Of a stretch of DNA of 64,000 nt, positions 1-8,576 are shown in pieces. The stretch lies in contig JAMOMC010000173.1 of the NCBI GenBank assembly GCA_027068765.1, forward strand, positions 2,668-66,667. Direction: 5' to 3'. Both the position numbers and the translations under genes were made by a program. The notes below the pieces were generated by a model. It was not told where the DNA came from. It saw nothing but the letters and a program-made list of their open reading frames with translations, and did not search any database. The stretch is from Campylobacterales bacterium (GTDB lineage: Bacteria; Campylobacterota; Campylobacteria; Campylobacterales; QNZT01). The stretch's first letter is position 1. Every line of letters starts with the position of its first letter.

Positions 1-523
1 ATACAGCATTTCCCTCCAGCATAAAACTTGATTCAAATATATTTGGTATAGGAAAAATAGGAAAGAAGCCTAAAAATACAACAGGTGTGTTTTTGACAAT
101 TTTATGAGTAAATTTTGAGAGAGGATTTTTTTTGGCATTTTGTTGAAAGTTGTGAGCACTCTCGTGAAAAAGAAGAGTTTTTAGCCAAGAAGTTGTCGAC
201 ATATAATCAACCAAATAAGCACCACCAATATAGTTTACTTGTGAATTTAGTGGAAATTGTGTTGCAAAGGCATTTGCTATTTGGTTGTTAGAAGATGCAA
301 GAGAGATATAGAGAGTATCATCTAGTTTAAAGCCATATGAATTTTCATATATTTTTAAAATCTTTTTTTCTGTCTCTTTTGCTTTTTTTGCCTCTTTTGT
401 ATGCTCTTTTGTATAGATTATACTAAAATTTTCACTTTCCTCTACCTCATACTGATCACCAAAGACTACTATATCTGCATTTAGTATATTTACAAATAGT
501 AGTAGTGTTAGTAGTTTTTTCAT
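1..523 (-). CDS. secreted hypothetical protein with HExxH motif; partial, 3' end lies outside the window
   Basis: Reverse-strand ATG at 523-521 overlaps the stop of the upstream gene (ATGA). My own translation MKKLLTLLLLFVNILNADIVVFGDQYEVEE...LLFHESAHNFQQNAKKNPLSKF stays open to position 1. The N-terminus looks like a signal peptide, and HESAH fits HExxH. It is absent from the ORF track because the window edge truncates it. Confidence 0.5.
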   Translation of the reverse strand, partial: MKKLLTLLLFVNILNADIVVFGDQYEVEESENFSIIYTKEHTKEAKKAKETEKKILKIYENSYGFKLDDTLYISLASSNNQIANAFATQFPLNSQVNYIGGAYLVDYMSTTSWLKTLLFHESAHNFQQNAKKNPLSKFTHKIVKNTPVVFLGFFPIFPIPNIFESSFMLEGNAV

Positions 524-1452
524 GCTGAAGTTAGAGTATTTCCAAGCATTAGGGCTAAAACTAGTAGTAAAACAATACCACTTGATCTATTATAGAGTTT
601 ATTTGCGGTTATAAATACCATCATAATTGTTACAATAAGAGCTATCATAATATCAAAAGCATTTGTAGAAAAATCTACACTAAGAGGATTTACAAGTGCA
701 GCTGCTCCTAAAACTATGGTAAAGTTTGCAACATTGCTTCCTATGATATTTCCTAAAATCATATCTGCATTTTTTTTACGAACAGCTTGGATAGAGACAA
801 CAAGTTCAGGCAAAGATGTACCAAATGCTATGAGAATAAGACCAATTATCCACTCACTAACACCAAAATTTCTAGCTATAGTAGATGCACTTTCAATAGT
901 AAAATATGCTCCAATAATCACCATAGCAAATCCAAGACCAAGCCAGATACCAGTACTTTTCCAATCAAACTTACTATCTCTTGCATCTTTATTTACTTCA
1001 CCAATAAGTGCATTGGCATCGCTAGTTAGGAACATTATGTATGCACCCATCACAAGTATATAGATAAAACCTTCATATCTTGAAATCTCACCATCATAAC
1101 CAACAACCAAAAAGATTAAAATTGGAAAAAGAGCCCAAGCACTATCTTGGGCAAACATATCTCTTTTTGGAGCTAGCTTTTTTGCTAGTATAAATACAAC
1201 TCCAAGAACTAAAGCGATATTGAAAATGGTACTTCCTATAACATTTGATACAGCTAAATCACTTTTGCCATCAATACTCGCAAAAACAGAAGCTGCCATC
1301 TCAGGTAGAGATGTACCAAGAGCAACGATAGTAGCTCCAATAACAAAATGAGAAATATTAAAATGAAATGCAATCTTCTCAGACTCAGTAATAACATAAT
1401 CAGCACCTTTTATAAGTGCCGCCATCGACACGATAAATATAATATACTCCAC
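520..1452 (-). CDS. Ca2+/Na+ antiporter, CaCA (YrbG-like) family
   Basis: 310 aa polytopic membrane protein with the two CaCA alpha-repeat signatures, GTSLPEMAASV and GTSLPELVVSI, one in each half. Confidence 0.85.
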   Translation of the reverse strand: MEYIIFIVSMAALIKGADYVITESEKIAFHFNISHFVIGATIVALGTSLPEMAASVFASIDGKSDLAVSNVIGSTIFNIALVLGVVFILAKKLAPKRDMFAQDSAWALFPILIFLVVGYDGEISRYEGFIYILVMGAYIMFLTSDANALIGEVNKDARDSKFDWKSTGIWLGLGFAMVIIGAYFTIESASTIARNFGVSEWIIGLILIAFGTSLPELVVSIQAVRKKNADMILGNIIGSNVANFTIVLGAAALVNPLSVDFSTNAFDIMIALIVTIMMVFITANKLYNRSSGIVLLLVLALMLGNTLTSA

Positions 1453-1869
1453 TCATACACTCCTTAAAATTAAACTCTTTGGTAACTTTAGCTCTTTTAT
1501 AAGCTCTCTCTCTTTTTCTAGCATCTCTCCATTATCTTTTTCGTGGTCAAAACCCAAAAGATGCAAAAGTCCGTGAATAAACAGTAGTTTTAATTCATCA
1601 TCTTTTTGATGTCCTAACTCTTTAGATACCTCTTTTACTTTATCAATATTTATGATAACTGTGCCTAAGGGACAATTTGGCATATCAGTAAGTGGAAAAC
1701 TTAAAACATCTGTTGGGCTTTTGATTTTTCTAAACTTTTCATTTATTTGTAGCATTTCGTCACTTTTTACAAAAATTAACTCTATCTCTTTTTGGGTTAA
1801 TCTCTCTTTTATAGACTCCAATTGCTTTAAGTTTATATCATAACCATATCTATCATCTAAAACAATCAT
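1453..1869 (-). CDS. ybeY: rRNA maturation endoribonuclease YbeY
   Basis: 138 aa with the zinc-binding motif HGLLHLLGFDH (HxxxHxxxxxH) near the C-terminus. It directly abuts the downstream antiporter gene. Confidence 0.9.
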   Translation of the reverse strand: MIVLDDRYGYDINLKQLESIKERLTQKEIELIFVKSDEMLQINEKFRKIKSPTDVLSFPLTDMPNCPLGTVIINIDKVKEVSKELGHQKDDELKLLFIHGLLHLLGFDHEKDNGEMLEKERELIKELKLPKSLILRSV

Positions 1870-1944
1870 AAAGTTAGCCTTTTTAAAAAAGGGTATTCTA
1901 GCTAAAAGAGTTTAATATGTTATAATAAAAGTAAAAAGGTAGTT

Positions 1945-2820
1945 TTGAAAGAGCTTAGTGCAAATTTTCCATATCTTGAGATAAAAGAGTTAATTTCCTA
2001 TTATGCGGTGTTTGATGGTTTTAAAGAGCTTGAAAGATTGCATAATTATGATAATTTATTGCAAAATATTGAAGAGAATATCTTGAAAAAATATAAAGAT
2101 TTGAAAAGTCTATTTATCTATAGTGATGATCTTAAAATGCAAAGAGATATGGAGAAGATGCTTTTTCGCATTTGTGTAGGAGATGCCAAAACTTATTGCG
2201 CTTTTAAAAACGGTATTTCGCCTAATTATGGTTTTACTCTTTATAAAATACTTTTTGAGAAGAAAATTATAAAAAAAGAGCTTAGCCGCGAGAAGCCTCT
2301 TAGAGTTTTTGCAAAACAGCAGATAAAAAAAGAGTTTAGAGGTTATCATATAGAAGATAAGATACGATTTTGTAAAAATTTTTATAGGTTTTGGTTTACT
2401 TTTATAGCCCCAAATAGCTCTCTTTTGGAAGCAGGAGACTTCTCTGGTGTAATTTTAAAAATTGAAAAAGATCTTAACAGGTATATATCATTTATTTTTG
2501 AAACTCTCTCAAATGAGTTGATTTTAAAAAAGTTTGAGTGTGTAGAGAGTGGGAGTTACTGGGATAAAAAGGTTGAGCTTGATCTGTTTTGTAAAACTTC
2601 AAAAGGAAAGATAATTGCAGGAGAGTGTAAGTGGAAAAATCAAAAAATCTCAAAAAATATTCTCAACAAACTTCAAAAAAAGTCTAATCTTGCAGGGTTG
2701 AAAGTCGATATCTTTGCTCTTTTTTCAAAAAATGGATTTAGTAATGAGCTTTTAAAACATAGTGATGAAAATATACAATTATATGATTTAGATTCATTTA
2801 AGGAACTGTTATATGCTTAA
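1945..2820 (+). CDS. DUF234 domain protein (wHTH + DUF234, no ATPase domain)
   Basis: 291 aa, TTG start. It aligns by eye with the C-terminal ~200 aa of the ATPase-DUF234 protein at 5592-6956: FYRFWFTFIAPNSSLLEAGDF vs FFKFWFSYVLPYKSQLEIGNT, and YWDKKVELDLF...AGECKWKNQKIS vs WWDKSSEIDAI...VAECKYSNKKVG. Confidence 0.6.
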   Translation: MKELSANFPYLEIKELISYYAVFDGFKELERLHNYDNLLQNIEENILKKYKDLKSLFIYSDDLKMQRDMEKMLFRICVGDAKTYCAFKNGISPNYGFTLYKILFEKKIIKKELSREKPLRVFAKQQIKKEFRGYHIEDKIRFCKNFYRFWFTFIAPNSSLLEAGDFSGVILKIEKDLNRYISFIFETLSNELILKKFECVESGSYWDKKVELDLFCKTSKGKIIAGECKWKNQKISKNILNKLQKKSNLAGLKVDIFALFSKNGFSNELLKHSDENIQLYDLDSFKELLYA

Positions 2821-3796
2821 AAAAGAGCTTTTAGAAAAACTAGACCATAAAGATAAAGAGCAGTTACTACAAGGTTTACAAGAGATAATAGAGCACTCTT
2901 ATACTATTGAAGATGAGTTTAAAGAGCTTAAAAATATAAACTCAATTATCTTAGATTTTTTGCCAGATGCACTTTGGGTTTTTGATGAGAGTGGACATAT
3001 TTATATGCAAAATGAGGAGGCTACAAAAATCTCAGATTTAATCTCCAAGATAGATAGCAATCAAAAATCACAAGAGTTAGAGTTTAAAAATAGAACATAC
3101 CTTGTAAAATCCACAAAAGCAGGAGATAAACTACTCATCTTAGCAACTGATATAACTGAACAAAAAAGATCTTCAAGGCTGGCTTCAATGGGTCAAGTAG
3201 CAGCACATCTCTCTCATGAGATACGAAATCCCATAGGTTCTATTTCTCTTCTTGCAGGCACCTTGATGGGGCGGGTAAAATTAAGCAATAAACCGATAGT
3301 TTTAGAGATAAAAAAGTCAATATATAGAGTTGAGAGAATTATAAAATCAACTCTTCTTTTTACAAAAGGAGTTAGTGTAAATAAAGAGCCTTTTTTTCTT
3401 GAAGCTTTAAGAGAGGTTATAGAAGATTCATTTGAGCATTATGCAAGGACAAAAGATATAGAGCTTAACATTAATTTTGAAGATTGTGAGATTGTGGCTG
3501 ATTTTGAACTTCTTTGTATTGTAATGCAAAACTTTCTTTATAATTGTGTAGATGCAATTGAAGAGGATGAAAATGATGAAGGTCACATCTTGTTTTTGTA
3601 TAAAGATGGTGAAATAATAGTTAAAGATAGTGGGGTAGAGATAGAGGATAAAAATATTTTATATGAGCCATTTGAGACTACAAAATTAAAAGGTTCAGGG
3701 CTTGGTCTTGCACTTTCACTAGAGATTATCAAGGCACATGATGGTAAGATAGAGTTACTTGAAGGAGAGAAGGGGTTTAGAATATGCTTGGGTTAA
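2813..3796 (+). CDS. soluble sensor histidine kinase (PAS-like N-terminus, HisKA + HATPase_c)
   Basis: H-box SHEIRNPIGSI, and ATP-lid boxes DSGVEIED and GSGLGLALS. No TM segment. 8-nt overlap with the preceding DUF234 gene. No response regulator is adjacent. Resemblance to the cytoplasmic FlgS-type kinases of Campylobacterota is only a guess. Confidence 0.8.
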   Translation: MLKKELLEKLDHKDKEQLLQGLQEIIEHSYTIEDEFKELKNINSIILDFLPDALWVFDESGHIYMQNEEATKISDLISKIDSNQKSQELEFKNRTYLVKSTKAGDKLLILATDITEQKRSSRLASMGQVAAHLSHEIRNPIGSISLLAGTLMGRVKLSNKPIVLEIKKSIYRVERIIKSTLLFTKGVSVNKEPFFLEALREVIEDSFEHYARTKDIELNINFEDCEIVADFELLCIVMQNFLYNCVDAIEEDENDEGHILFLYKDGEIIVKDSGVEIEDKNILYEPFETTKLKGSGLGLALSLEIIKAHDGKIELLEGEKGFRICLG

Positions 3797-3800
3797 GAAG

Positions 3801-4733
3801 ATGAAAAAGGCGATAGTTTTTTTAAACATGGGGGCTCCTAGAAACATCGAAGAGGTTGAAGTTTTTTTAAAAAACATGTTTAATGATAAAAATATCATTA
3901 CAGTAAAAAGTGGACTTTTAAGAAGCTATATAGCTTCAAGAATTATCGCAGGAAGAAAGAGTGAAGCTAGTGAAAGTTATGCCCAAATTGGTGGAAAATC
4001 TCCACTAGTAGAACATACAAAAACTTTTTTGGCAAATATAAAAAAACAGATTCCAGATTTTGAAGTTGTAAATATCATGAGATATACTCCTCCATATGCA
4101 CTCTCTGAGGTTAAATGGCTTAAGGCTAAAGGTGTTGAAGATATCGTGGTTATTCCACTTTATGCCCAGTACTCAACTACTACCGTAAAGTCGTCGTTAG
4201 AGGATTTTTATGAAGCTTTAAGTGAGGCTAAGTACTCTCCAAATCTTAAAATTTACTCTAGGTTTTATAAAAACAAAACTTACAACCAAGCTATCATAGA
4301 GCAGATAAAAACAACTATGAAAGATAAAAAAGTACAAGAGTTTGATTTGATATTTTCAGCTCATTCTCTGCCTGTTAAGATTATTGAAAATGGAGATAGT
4401 TACCAAAAAGAGACAGTTGAAAATGTAGAGATTTTAACAAAGATGCTAGAAGAACAGGAGATAAATTTTAAAAATGTACACTTAGCATATCAGTCAAAAG
4501 TAGGTCCCATGGAGTGGATAGGACCAGCTCTTGATGTTAAGTTAGAGTGCATTTCAAATAGAAAAGTTTTAATCTATCCTATATCATTTATCTTGGATAA
4601 CTCTGAGACGGAGTTTGAGTTAGAAATTGAGTATAAAGAGATAGCAGATGATTTAGGTTACACAGAGTACATAGTCTCCAAGTGTTTAAATGATAGTAAG
4701 CTTTTTATCGAAGCTATAAAAGAGTTAGTTTAA
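3801..4733 (+). CDS. hemH: ferrochelatase
   Basis: N-terminus MKKAIVFLNMGAP and the FSAHSLP motif are typical of HemH. I chose the start at ATG 3801 rather than the ORF-track start 3759, which would overlap the kinase gene. Confidence 0.9.
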   Translation: MKKAIVFLNMGAPRNIEEVEVFLKNMFNDKNIITVKSGLLRSYIASRIIAGRKSEASESYAQIGGKSPLVEHTKTFLANIKKQIPDFEVVNIMRYTPPYALSEVKWLKAKGVEDIVVIPLYAQYSTTTVKSSLEDFYEALSEAKYSPNLKIYSRFYKNKTYNQAIIEQIKTTMKDKKVQEFDLIFSAHSLPVKIIENGDSYQKETVENVEILTKMLEEQEINFKNVHLAYQSKVGPMEWIGPALDVKLECISNRKVLIYPISFILDNSETEFELEIEYKEIADDLGYTEYIVSKCLNDSKLFIEAIKELV

Positions 4734-5441
4734 AACTGACTCTTTTTTTAGATTTTTTGCCAAAATATAGTAAAAAGTTGCTCTATATTTTATCTTAGAT
4801 GGCTTCATTCTCTCACAAACTTTTTTAATCTCAGTATCAAGCATCTCACTCTCGCTTTTATCAAATCCTAATTTTTTTATACAGAAGTTTTTTCTAACAG
4901 TATCTAACTCTTTTGGATCACTACAAGAGACCAGTTCAGCATCTTTTCTATAGATAGATGGACCTAGGTTTTTTACTATAATCTCTAAAAAGTTAGTATC
5001 TACACTTCCATAATGTTTTTTTACATCTTTGGTGTATAGTTTTATCTTTGCTTCTTTTTTAGAGCTTGTTTGTTCTTTTGTTGTTGTAGTTTTTTTAACA
5101 GATGTAGTCTCTTTGTCTGTTTTGTTTTTTGTATCTATGCCCGTTTTTGTGGATGTACTTTTTTTAGGTGTTTTTTTTATAACTTCTTTTTTTACTATAC
5201 TATCTTTTTGTTCCTGTTGTTCCTGCTTTTTTTCAATTTTAGGTTTTTTATCCTCTTTTTCTACTTTGGTAGATGTTGGTGTTATGGGGTTCTTTTTCTT
5301 CTCTTTTTCTTCCCAAGATTTTTTATACTCCTCATAAGTTTGTGGCTCCTTATGTTCCATAAATTTTTCAAACTTAGCTCTTGTCCCTTTTAAAATATTC
5401 CCAGCAAGCTTAACTAATGCTAAATCTCCAACTTTTGCCAT
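4725..5441 (-). CDS. DUF2853-like protein with Lys/Thr/Glu-rich low-complexity linker
   Basis: The C-terminal ~100 aa (LGPSIYRKDAELVSCSDPKELDTVRKNFCIKKLGF...KYRATFYYILAKNLKKESVL) match my recollection of the DUF2853 family. Start chosen at ATG 5441, preceded by AAGGAGCATATC. The central ~110 aa are K/T/E/S-rich. Confidence 0.5.
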   Translation of the reverse strand: MAKVGDLALVKLAGNILKGTRAKFEKFMEHKEPQTYEEYKKSWEEKEKKKNPITPTSTKVEKEDKKPKIEKKQEQQEQKDSIVKKEVIKKTPKKSTSTKTGIDTKNKTDKETTSVKKTTTTKEQTSSKKEAKIKLYTKDVKKHYGSVDTNFLEIIVKNLGPSIYRKDAELVSCSDPKELDTVRKNFCIKKLGFDKSESEMLDTEIKKVCERMKPSKIKYRATFYYILAKNLKKESVLN

Positions 5442-5538
5442 GATATGCTCCTTTTTTATAACTAAACTCATGTTAACAAAATAAAACTAAAAAAGGTAAG
5501 CTAGAGAGTAAGCAAATAGCAACATTAAAAATTTTAAG

Positions 5539-5573
5539 TATCGTTTTTGTATTATTATAATCTAAAAACGATA
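5539..5573. promoter_or_regulatory. perfect 10-bp inverted repeat bracketing a -10-like box upstream of the ATPase-DUF234 gene
   Basis: TATCGTTTTT (5539-5548) and AAAAACGATA (5564-5573) are separated by a 15-nt spacer, gtattattataatct, that contains TATTATAAT. It lies 19 nt upstream of ATG 5592, which is preceded by AAGAGG. Confidence 0.5.
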
Positions 5574-5591
5574 AAAGAGGTAAAGATTGAG

Positions 5592-6956
5592 ATGTTTATA
5601 AACAGAGAAAAAGAGTTATCTATTTTAGAGAGCGAATATATGAGTGATGATTTTAGATTTACTATTCTTTATGGACGAAGACGAGTAGGTAAAACAACTC
5701 TTTTAAAAAAGTTTTTATCTGATAAACCCTCTATCTATTTTTTAGTTACTTTAGAGACTTTACCTATCGTTTTAAAAAGATTTCAAGATATAGTAGCCTC
5801 ACACTTAAATGATGAGTTTTTAAGAGGTCTTCAGCTAAGCGATGTTAAACAACTCTTTGAGTATATTTCAAAAGTAACTTTTGATAAAAAGCTTGTTGTT
5901 ATCATAGACGAATTTCAGTATCTTACAAAATTAGACAAATCTATACCATCTCAGTTTCAGTATATCGTCGACGAACTATTAAAAGTCAAAAATATTCATC
6001 TTATCCTTTGTGGCTCTATCATCTCTATGATGTATGAGCAAACCCTCTCTTACAATGCACCACTTTATGGCAGGAGAACTTCTGCTATCAAACTTGAAGC
6101 GATAGATTTTGAACATTTGGGAGGATTTTTTCCAAATAAAACAGAAAAAGAGTTGATAGAGCTTTATGCTTTGCTTTATGGGGTACCAAAATATCTTGAG
6201 ATGTTTAAAGAGACTAATGATATCTTTAAAAGTATAGAAAACAATATCCTAGATTCAAACTCATACCTATACAATGAACCGCAATTTATACTACAAAATG
6301 AAGTAAATGAACCAATTACTTACTTCTCTATTCTTGAGACCATTGCAAATGGTGAACACAAGATAGGAAACATTGCAGGTAAACTAAACAAAGATGTCAA
6401 AAATATTACCTCTTTTATATCTAAACTAATTGAACTAGATATCATCTATAAAGAAGTTCCGATAACTGAAACTAATCCTCAAAAAAGTAAAAAAGGACTC
6501 TATTTTATCAAAGATAATTTTTTTAAATTTTGGTTTAGTTATGTTCTGCCTTACAAAAGTCAGTTAGAGATTGGAAATACCTCTTATGTTATAAAAAAGA
6601 TAAAAGAAAATTTTAACTCCTTTGTATCTAAAACTTATGAAGATTTAGCCATACGATATATTCTTAAAAACTATGATGTTTTAAAGTGTGGCAGATGGTG
6701 GGATAAATCTAGCGAAATAGATGCTATTGGTATAGCTAAAGATTATCTCATAGTGGCAGAGTGCAAATATAGTAATAAAAAAGTAGGCATAGATATACTA
6801 GAAACTTTGAAAAATAAAACTTTCAAAATAGATAGTTCTTTGCCTGTAAAAAAGTATATATTATTTAGCAAAAGTGGTTTTACGGAGGATTTAAAGATGC
6901 TTCACAGTAGTGAAGTTGTTTTGGTTCAAGGAGTAGGAGGGTATATCACCTCCTAA
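5592..6956 (+). CDS. AAA ATPase (archaeal-type ATPase fold) fused to wHTH and DUF234
   Basis: Walker A GRRRVGKTTLL, Walker B VVIIDEFQY, and C-terminal WWDKSSEIDAIG...VAECKYSNKKVG (D...ExK pattern). Start chosen at ATG 5592 with SD AAGAGG. The track start 5547 lies inside the palindrome. Confidence 0.75.
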   Translation: MFINREKELSILESEYMSDDFRFTILYGRRRVGKTTLLKKFLSDKPSIYFLVTLETLPIVLKRFQDIVASHLNDEFLRGLQLSDVKQLFEYISKVTFDKKLVVIIDEFQYLTKLDKSIPSQFQYIVDELLKVKNIHLILCGSIISMMYEQTLSYNAPLYGRRTSAIKLEAIDFEHLGGFFPNKTEKELIELYALLYGVPKYLEMFKETNDIFKSIENNILDSNSYLYNEPQFILQNEVNEPITYFSILETIANGEHKIGNIAGKLNKDVKNITSFISKLIELDIIYKEVPITETNPQKSKKGLYFIKDNFFKFWFSYVLPYKSQLEIGNTSYVIKKIKENFNSFVSKTYEDLAIRYILKNYDVLKCGRWWDKSSEIDAIGIAKDYLIVAECKYSNKKVGIDILETLKNKTFKIDSSLPVKKYILFSKSGFTEDLKMLHSSEVVLVQGVGGYITS

Positions 6957-7818
6957 AAATTAACCCTTTTTTAGGTTTCTCCTCAAATATAAGTGTTCTT
7001 TTTTGAGACTCTTTTATGGTATTTAATATCTCTTTCTCTACACTATTTGATAGATCTTTTTGAGTGATTACTTGTAACATTTTGTCTAAGTTTTTACTCT
7101 GCTCTTCCATGATTTTAAAATTCATCTTTTGCTTTTGCTCATCTTCTGCAAGTTTTGCTTTTTTATCTTGAGCACTTTTTCTAAGTAGATAAAATATCAA
7201 TAAAATTACCATAATTAAAAATCCAACAATTGCTACAACAATTTTATAAATCTCAAGCTCTTCTTTTTTTAAAAGCACTCTATTTTGTTCAAGCTCTTGT
7301 GCTAGTATTTGATTATTGTTTATTTTCTGTAACTCTTTTTCTTGTGTTTTTTGTTGTAAAGTTTGTTTTGATTTCTCTTTTTCTTCTATCTTTTGAAGTT
7401 CTATTTTTGCTAAATCAATTTTATTTTGGGCATCATTTTTATTTAGTTGTAACTCTTTTTCACTCTCTAGTGTTGCTATTGCTAGTTGATAATTTGAGCT
7501 ATCTTGGGCAAGCTTTATATCTTTTTCTATTGATTCTAATGAGAGAAAATATTTCTGTTCAGTGGTAAAATCTGTTTTTACAACAGCAGGTAAAGTTATG
7601 TTCTCTTCCAAAATGGGTCTATTTTCTACAATAGTAGTGTTATCTTGAACAACTGTTTTTGTAAGATTCTCTTCGATTTTTGATATCTTTTCACTTGGCT
7701 CTTTTGTACTATTTTTTTCAACTTGCAAATTATTTAAGGCCTTTAACTCATCTTTATCTACTTTTTCGCATCCGCTTAAAAGTAAAAAAAGTACTAAAAT
7801 AGATAGTTTTATATACAT
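6946..7818 (-). CDS. hypothetical coiled-coil lipoprotein with an additional internal TM helix
   Basis: Lipobox LLLSGC at residues 13-17, a long E/K/Q-rich coiled-coil region, and a hydrophobic helix IVVAIVGFLIMVILLIFYLL near residue 195. No recognisable family. Confidence 0.45.
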   Translation of the reverse strand: MYIKLSILVLFLLLSGCEKVDKDELKALNNLQVEKNSTKEPSEKISKIEENLTKTVVQDNTTIVENRPILEENITLPAVVKTDFTTEQKYFLSLESIEKDIKLAQDSSNYQLAIATLESEKELQLNKNDAQNKIDLAKIELQKIEEKEKSKQTLQQKTQEKELQKINNNQILAQELEQNRVLLKKEELEIYKIVVAIVGFLIMVILLIFYLLRKSAQDKKAKLAEDEQKQKMNFKIMEEQSKNLDKMLQVITQKDLSNSVEKEILNTIKESQKRTLIFEEKPKKGLIFRR

Positions 7819-8573
7819 TTTTTATCGCTCCAATTTTTATCAAAAAAACTACTCTGATGAATATGCTCAAATGCCGCTCTCATAGATACAAAAGCCTTAT
7901 TGTTATCTTTTTCAATATTATGTAAAAGCTCTTTTGTTTTAGCTCTTGCATAAGGCATCTTAACATCAAACTGCATCCCAGGACATGCTTCATCCCCAAT
8001 TAGTGGTAGATTGTTAGAATGGGCTGTATCGATAAGCTGTCTCTCTCTAACCATTATGATGGGACGAATTACATAGAGTCCATTTTCAGCCTTATAGATA
8101 GGTGGCATAGATCTTAAAGCTCCATTGTATAAAAAGTTCATAAAAAAGCTCTCTGCAGCATCATCAAAATGATGCCCAAGAGCAACTTTATTAAAACCTC
8201 TCTCTTTAGCTACTTTGTATAAAGCTCCTCTTCTCATTCTGGAGAAAAAGCTACAAAATGATGAGTTTTGGCGAATTTTTTCCTTGGCAGTTTCATAAAT
8301 GTTTGTCTGAATCACTTCAAATGGTATATCATGCTCTTTGCAGTGAGCTGTCAAAACACTCAAATCCTCACCCATCCCATAATCTATACAAACTGCCAAA
8401 AATTCAAAATCAAAAGGGGTAACTCTTCTTTGTCTATTTAAAACATGAGCTAAAGTTAGTGAGTCTTTACCGCCACTTAAGCCTAAAAGAACTTTGTCAC
8501 CCTCACAGATAAGGTTATATTTTGCATTTGTTTTGCCTACTATTCTTAAGAGGTTTTTGCTTATATTTATCAT
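7809..8573 (-). CDS. PP-loop ATPase, TtcA-family tRNA thiolation protein
   Basis: PP-loop SGGKDS and the segment CSFFSRMRRGALY, which resembles TtcA CSLCSRLRRG. The second Cys of that motif is Phe here. Confidence 0.75.
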   Translation of the reverse strand: MINISKNLLRIVGKTNAKYNLICEGDKVLLGLSGGKDSLTLAHVLNRQRRVTPFDFEFLAVCIDYGMGEDLSVLTAHCKEHDIPFEVIQTNIYETAKEKIRQNSSFCSFFSRMRRGALYKVAKERGFNKVALGHHFDDAAESFFMNFLYNGALRSMPPIYKAENGLYVIRPIIMVRERQLIDTAHSNNLPLIGDEACPGMQFDVKMPYARAKTKELLHNIEKDNNKAFVSMRAAFEHIHQSSFFDKNWSDKKCI

Positions 8574-8576
8574 CTG

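Noticed and set aside
716-1063. Plus-strand ORFs (716-1063, 787-1029) inside the antiporter gene. The track also lists similar antisense ORFs at 1652-1843, 2110-2349, 7230-7568, 8494-8826, 9333-9710, 10268-10471, 10784-10990, 11113-11316, 12063-12290, 12900-13127, 15741-16049, 16669-16905, 19559-19783, 22113-22371, 22857-23123, 33338-33643, 34094-34378, 34875-35159, 39683-39940, 40145-40375, 46363-46656, 47263-48240, 51022-51237, 52005-52277, 52973-53161, 55701-56051, 56245-56547, 58108-58329, 58340-58597, 58744-59054, 61480-61671 and 62934-63116.
   Set aside because: Each lies wholly within, or mostly antisense to or out of frame with, a longer ORF that has clear family motifs. They show biased low-complexity composition and no ribosome-binding site. 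I treat them as non-coding shadows.
1870-1944. Near-palindrome CCTTTTTAAAAAAGG in the divergent ybeY / DUF234 promoter region.
   Set aside because: It is a short, imperfect A/T-homopolymer palindrome that is likely to arise by chance in AT-rich DNA, with no supporting repeat elsewhere in the window.
3759-3800. Upstream extension of hemH (track start 3759) and, similarly, of the ATPase gene (5547-5591) and the PIN gene (53702-53752).
   Set aside because: The extensions overlap the preceding gene or a promoter palindrome and lack an SD. Internal ATGs at 3801, 5592 and 53753 give canonical family N-termini.
5029-5393. Two long plus-strand ORFs (102 and 107 aa) rich in Phe/Cys/Leu/Ser.
   Set aside because: They are antisense shadows of the Lys/Glu/Thr-rich low-complexity part of the minus-strand gene at 4725-5441. 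The A-rich coding strand gives a T-rich, stop-poor antisense. They have no SD and an implausible composition.
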